A DNA stretch of 63,904 nucleotides, counting the filler, from Folioceros fuciformis (taxonomy: Eukaryota): NCBI GenBank assembly GCA_049999805.1. It is 6 parts of 6 records of this genome, joined end to end, with 100 filler letters (N's around TTAATTAATTAA, not from the genome) between each part and the next. Parts side by side here need not be neighbours in the genome. Positions count along the whole stretch, not along the records: positions 58,094 to 61,002 come from JBNGIO010004618.1; positions 61,103 to 63,904 come from JBNGIO010004624.1; 4 more parts are not named here. One strand, written 5' to 3'. The notes beneath the pieces are model-generated. The model ran no database searches, was not told the DNA's origin, and was given only the letters and a program-made list of their open reading frames with translations. This document shows, one piece after another, positions 58,094-63,904 of the stretch (position 1 is its first letter; every line of letters begins with the position of its first letter). The translations under genes and the position numbers were made by a program.

Positions 58094-61002
58094 TCAGGTG
58101 GCAACCTATTTGCAGAATCGCACTTCTGTGTCTTCTCTTCCAAAGTGTACGCCCTTTGAGTTATGGACAGGTGTCAAGCCTGATGTTGCACATCTTTGAG
58201 TCTTTGGAAGCACAGCCTACGCCCATATCCCAAACAAGCTTAGACAGAAGTTTGCATTTAGGTCCAAACGACATGTGTTTATAGGTTATACACCTGGGAT
58301 TCACGGGTATAAACTTTTTGAACCTGTTTCCATATGTGTTTTCCATGCTCGGACAGTTGCTTTCGATGAACGAGCTGTGTTGAATCTGATGATTCACCCC
58401 TTGTAGATGCAAAGTTAGCTCCAGCACCTGATCAGTTTGATGTGGTCGAACCAAAGTTTTTCGATATTGTTGACTTCCCCTCTGTTGATCCTGATCCTCC
58501 TGTTCAGCCTTCTTCTACATCTGATCCAGTAGCTCCTATTCATTCAGATCCTTTAGATGCTGAGTCGGAAGACCATCTGATTGATCCTCAGTCTCAACCG
58601 GAGTCAGAGCCTTGTCCAGAACCCAAGCTTGGTGTTGATGATCCCGTTGAATATACTCTTCTTATCCTTGAGCCTTATGTCCCGGTTCCTCGACGTTCCA
58701 CTCGTCTTCATCGTGGACGTGACCAGTGGTTGGAGACGCCCTATCAGGCTAAAGACTAGAGGACTCATCGGCCCTTGGTTCCACCTATTCCTCAGCTAAT
58801 GGGAGCTGGTCATGAACCTCAATCTGTTCATGAGCTCGTCCAATTGACTGTGCAGCCAGGTTATGAGCCACAGTCTTATCAGGAGGCTGTCATTGGTCCT
58901 GCATCTCAACACTAGAAAGCTGCTATCACCTCAAAGTATGAATCCCTTCTTCACAATCACACTTGGGAGCTTTGTCCCCTCCCTAAGGGAAGGAAGATCG
59001 TCAGCAGCAAGTGGGTATAAGTATAAGGCTGACGGGACTATAGAAAGGTACAAAGCTTGCCTTGTTGCTAGAGGATTCTCTCAGGTGTCGGGGTTAGACT
59101 ATCATGACACTTTCTCTCCGGTTGTCAAAGCATAATCTCTACATGTCCTGTTTTCTATGTCAGCATTCTACAGTTTGTTTATCCATCAAATGGATGTTAA
59201 GACCGCGTTCTTACATGGAAAGCTGGAAGAAGAAATTTATATGCAGCAGCCTGAAGGCTATGAGGAGAAGGGACGTGAAGACTGGGTCTGTAAGTTGTTG
59301 AAAACAATCTATGGCCTCAAGCAATCACCAAGGGCCTGGTATCAATGTATTGACGAGTTCTTACTTGAGCTTGGCTTCAGAAAGAGTGATACTGATTTGA
59401 ATGTATATTTCCTGCAAGAAGTCATAGGCTTTGTGGTGTTAGCATTATACGTGGACGATTGCATCCTACTTGGCACAGACCTTGAAGGGATAAACAAGGT
59501 GAAAGGGCTCTTATCTGGCAGGTTCGATATGGTTGATGTAGGAGAACTCTCATACTGTCTTGGTACGCAACTCCTGCGAGATACATCAAGTGGCACTTTG
59601 ATTATTCACCAAGAGAAATATATTCACGATATGTTGTTTAAGTATAAGTTGACAACCGCTAAACCTGCCTCAACTCCAATGGAAGCAGGCTGCAGGCTTA
59701 CTGCTGAGCATTCTCCCATTACTGATTCTGAAAAGCTGGAGATGGAAAGTGTACCTTACTCTCAGGCTGTTGGGTTGCTTATATTCTGTTCAAATCAGAC
59801 AAGGCCAAATATATCACTGCCTGTTAGTATGACTTCTCAATTTCTAAAACAGCCTGGAAGGACTCACTGGACAGCAGCGAAACGGATAATGAGGTACCTT
59901 AAAGGGACTAGCAGTCATGGCATACATTACACGAAGCAACAGTACGAAGGTGAGTCACTTATCTTGTTAGGGTACTGTGATGCTGATTGGGCAGCAAATC
60001 CAGACTCCATGTCACTCGCAGAAAATCATGTATTCCATGCGAGGACTAAACATATTGAAGTGCATCATCACTTCATTCGTGGAGCTGTATCCTCAGGCCA
60101 AATACATTTGGAGTATGTCCCTACAGACTCAAACGCAGCAGATGTGTTAACAAAAGCACTACCTAAAGGTAAACATCATCAGCTTAAAGAAGCTTTAGGA
60201 GTCCTGGACTCCTCTTACCTTTCCAAGTAAACAGAAAGGCAGGCCCTGACTGTCACTGTCATTGAGAGCAAGTCATGGACTAGACCTAGAAGGCCGCAGA
60301 CATAGAGTCACTGTCAGAGTTAGAGCTACTACTAACTGCCATGTCAAAGAACACACTGTGTGTATCCTCATTCAGTTTTCCCCTCTACAACTCTAAGTGT
60401 TTGGGGTCGAGGTTGTATCTTGTTGGCTTCACTTCTGTGTCATTGCCCTTTGCAGCATAGTCCGTGTTAGCCCTCTTGCACCTCCTCTGATGAAACTTTG
60501 TCAGGAGTTGATGACACTGCAGTCAGGAAGTTAGTCTGGATAGCATCCTCAAACCACAGCAATAGTGTGCGTAAGATTAGAGGCTAGCTAGGCAGACTTA
60601 CTGTAGAAAGAAATAAAATTCCTATTGTCACCGCCCCATCTGAACCAGTCTTCTCTCACCATCTCTATCCGAGTAACAGTGCAAATGTAAGCTTCAGGGG
60701 TAAGAGGGTTGTTGATCCCGTCTTCGTCAGTCACCAGTCGTACAGTCTTACTCCTATGCCCCCTAGGCAGCATGTAGGGTCTCAAATTGTGTGGCACTGG
60801 CAGGACAACATACTCGTCTTCAATCTGCGGAGGAAGCTTCACAGCGTTAAGAGGACCCATTGGTGAGAAGCAACTGCGTTCAGTGGGAGCATGCGCCGGA
60901 GGAGTGGGAGCATGTGATGAAGTGCCTGAGCCTACAGCTGGAACACCAGAAGCCTGAAGTTGTCTTCGAAGAGCTGAGATTTCTTGAGTGAGGAGAGCTT
61001 CT
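58094..61002 (+). mobile_element. Decayed Ty1/Copia internal fragment (integrase C-terminus, RT, deleted RNase H, 3' region)
   Basis: TPFELWTG..FGSTAYAHIP, HQMDVKTAFLHG, YGLKQSPRAW, LYVDDC, YCDADWA, ARTKHIEV; stops and frameshifts in 58300-59150. Confidence 0.93.
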
Positions 61003-61102
61003 NNNNNNNNNNNNNNNNNNNNNNNNNNNNNNNNNNNNNNNNNNNNTTAATTAATTAANNNNNNNNNNNNNNNNNNNNNNNNNNNNNNNNNNNNNNNNNN
61101 NN

Positions 61103-63904
61103 CCTGGCGGCGAGAGATGCTATCGAGGCGGTAGTCCAGCCCGTCGGGGGGTCCTTGGCGTGATGCAGGTCGGTGCCCCGGGGGAGTTGCTGGGTGCAGA
61201 GGAGAGGCTTGAATTGGACGGAGAACCGGTAAGAGCCAGGGAGGCGATGGACGGTGTCTTTGTGGATTTGCTAGGAGTAGTGGGAAATCCTGAGTCAGAC
61301 AAAAGGCTAGCTGTGTCAAGGGAGGCGCAAGATTGGTTTTCTAGAGAGCCCCTAGGTGCAGAAAGCAAAGCTGGCTTTTTGGCTTGGGCGGATTCCTTGG
61401 CCACGGCCCCAACAGATCCTTTCACTGGTTTTTCGATTGCGAATACAGGGACCCTATCCTTGCCAATAACGAGAGACGAGGGAGGAGCCATCAAGGAGGT
61501 TCCGGTGCTAGTTTCCAACTGTGAGACTAGGAAGAATGGTATGGAGAAACCGTCAAGTAGGGGGTCTCAACAAGCTCCTCCCGGGGTCCTAGGCAATGAG
61601 TGTGGTTAGACACGAGCCAGTGAGTCTCCTACAGGAACAGGAGAAGGGAACGGAGCGGCAGTGTTGCTTGCACCTCCTACAAAGATGGTGTGGGAGGACA
61701 ATGATTTGGAGGTGAGAGAGCCAGGTTACCACTCGTTAGCCTTGGGAGAGGTGTGTATGCAGCGTACTCTCAGCAATGGGAGTGTTCAGGTAGTGTCTGT
61801 CCAAAAGGGGAAAGATTCTTCGGCGGCAGGGATGGCTGCTACCTGCCTGCAAACAACCTTCCTGTCAACTCTTCGGAAGGCTGGTGTGGCCAGACAGGAG
61901 GAGATTTCTACAAAGGGGCTCCCAGCCGGTCCTGTGGGGAAGGGCAGGAAATCTGTAGACTGTCGGGGGGATCCAGCAGCTGAAAGGTGGGATGCCCAGG
62001 CTAAAGGCAGCTGCGTGTCATCGGATGAGGGGAACAAGACGGGAGCTCCGCCCCCGGGGCACGCCGTGGCTCAGAATAAGGAAACTCAGCACACGGGTTC
62101 CTAGGTATTGGAGAATGGCGGAGGGGAGGAGGTAGAAGGTTGGGAGATGCCACCGGAAGAGGACCCTAACTCTGGTAAAGGGGGGGGGGGGGTTTCGGTG
62201 CCCGCTCCAGGTGGACGACAGTTGGCGTTTGCCTCAGAGACCTTGGTAAGCTTCATGCCTCGAGATCGAGTTGGGGCTGCACTTGTGGGTCACCAAGTGG
62301 AGGTCTTCGCTTACGAGCAACTGGCGGCTTCTGCAACCTCGAGGCAAAGCTTCGAGGCAGGATGGCTGTTGCGGGCTTGGTCCAAGGGTCCAGTTTTGTC
62401 TTTTCCTCGCCAGCAGCTGACGGAGAGGAGGGAAGGGAGTCTTTCCAGGAGACTCATGGGCCTCAGTTCCTCACCTCTCCTCGGGGGGTCCTTACATTTT
62501 GCACCCTGCCTGCTACGAGCCATCAGTCCTCAGGGCTTGGAAGGGGCCTCGGGTCTGCTAGAATAGTTGAGTCAGGTCTAGTAGTATCGACTGCTAGCTC
62601 TGTTGTCTGGAACTTGATGGCTACTTCTGGCTTGACCATAGGCAAACGGAGGAACTTGGAGGCTGTCGTAGGGAAAAGGTCTCGAGTTTCTGAAGACTCG
62701 TCATCAGGACTTAAGCGCCAGGACCAGATTGTGGTGGTCAAAGCAAGGAAGGCGCTGAACAAAGCTGTTCAGCGCATGGCCTTGGACATCACTTCCCCGG
62801 AAGGGAAAAAGTCTAAGGTGATGGTAGTGCCTAAGGGAGGCCACAGACTTCAGGGGAGGATCAATGCTAGTGAGGTGGACGAAATTGTGGTAATGAGCAG
62901 TCAACGTAGATTTGGAGCGGAACTGGATTTTGGAAGGGAGGGATTCGGATCTGAGGGTCTCGGTTCAAAACTGGTGGACTGTGCAAGCCCCTTGAAACGG
63001 GGTAGTCACTCTATGAGAGATAACGCGGTTTACGCATCCGAGGATGAGGTATTCTTACCTCCCAGTGCTATGGACGATGAGGATTCTGAGACTGTCTGGC
63101 ATGAAGTGCAAGCTGTCTTCTCCGGGGACGAAGGTACCACATCCCCTTTAAATTCTATGGAAAAGGATCCTATACGGGTTAAGGAGGTGCAAGTGAAGTA
63201 TCCTCCCCCGGGGCCGGAGGGTTCCTGCCTGCTGAGCGGTTAGGAGTTCAAGAAGACGGTAGGTTCAACAATGAGGAAAGGCATACATTGAGTGATCAAC
63301 CTGACGGTTATAAGAAAGGTGCAAGACTTTTTCTCCTTTCTGGTTATGATAGGCGGCCGGGGGGGGAGCAGATTCCTCTTACCATTACAATGCACAAGTT
63401 GCATGCTGGGCAGAAAAGGATCTTTGACTTCCTGGCTGCCGGAGGGGTTCCTGTTGGCAGGAGTGGACTGGAGGTGGGATTCTTCAGTGGAATTAACCAG
63501 AAGGATGGTCAACTTTTTGCTGACATCCGGCTAAAACAAGGCTATGGGCCTAGTATGCCTCTTATCCCATAGTGGAAGTGGTCCTTGGACGTTCCTTGGG
63601 CAAAAGTCTTGATCCCGTCCTCAGATCTGGTAGCCGGGGAAGTTGAGGGGCGCACAAGTAGTCTGGGCAGAAGGAACACTCCCATTGTTCGCAAGTCGAA
63701 AAGGCTGCAAAGATTGTCCCTTGAATGCAAACCAAAGGATCAGCTGGCGCGGCCCAAAGCTGTGTCGGATGCTAGGTTACCCAAGCCATCTGCCGTCCAG
63801 AAGCTCTCAAGCAAGTACCGCTAATGGGTATTGACACTTTGAAGAACTATGAGAGGAGGTCTCATCTGAGGATCATTTCCTGGAATGTTAGGGGCTTGGG
63901 GGGA
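61103..63904 (+). mobile_element. L1-clade LINE: decayed ORF1 region and start of ORF2 (APE endonuclease)
   Basis: ORF2 begins at ATG 63824 and reads ...HLRIISWNVRGLGG, the APE N-terminal motif. About 2.7 kb of purine-rich, stop-interrupted frames lie upstream; only 27 codons of ORF2 are visible. Confidence 0.8.

Overview
Gene-dense nuclear DNA of a land plant with short GT-AG introns. It fits a compact bryophyte or lycophyte genome such as a hornwort, but the taxon is only inferred. The window is six assembly pieces joined by artificial N-TTAATTAATTAA-N linkers, so adjacency across those linkers is unproven. Recognisable host genes: PTC7-type PP2C, a SET/Rubisco-LSMT-like methyltransferase, SPIRAL1, tRNA-Gly(CCC), TIM44, plastid biotin carboxylase, AP-4 mu, NBP35, SCARECROW, PEX16, MCT-1, an RPD3-type HDAC, PALE CRESS and a SixA-like phosphatase. 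Decayed Copia (two), Gypsy and L1-like retroelements are also present. The most unusual part is a ~7 kb island next to SCARECROW (32.5-39.6 kb). It holds a decayed, probably intron-containing gene that joins a ParB-like domain to a prokaryote-type beta-class amino (N6A/N4C) DNA methyltransferase. Upstream lie a 47-bp array and a 40-bp-phased GGCC array, and downstream a convergent 51-bp (17-codon) repeat relic. Other leads are an 85-nt structured trailer behind tRNA-Gly, a spliced 48-aa membrane microprotein, a probable PP2C-D pseudophosphatase, and extra ORFs in both Copia elements. All family calls come from motif recognition by eye; no database search was run.
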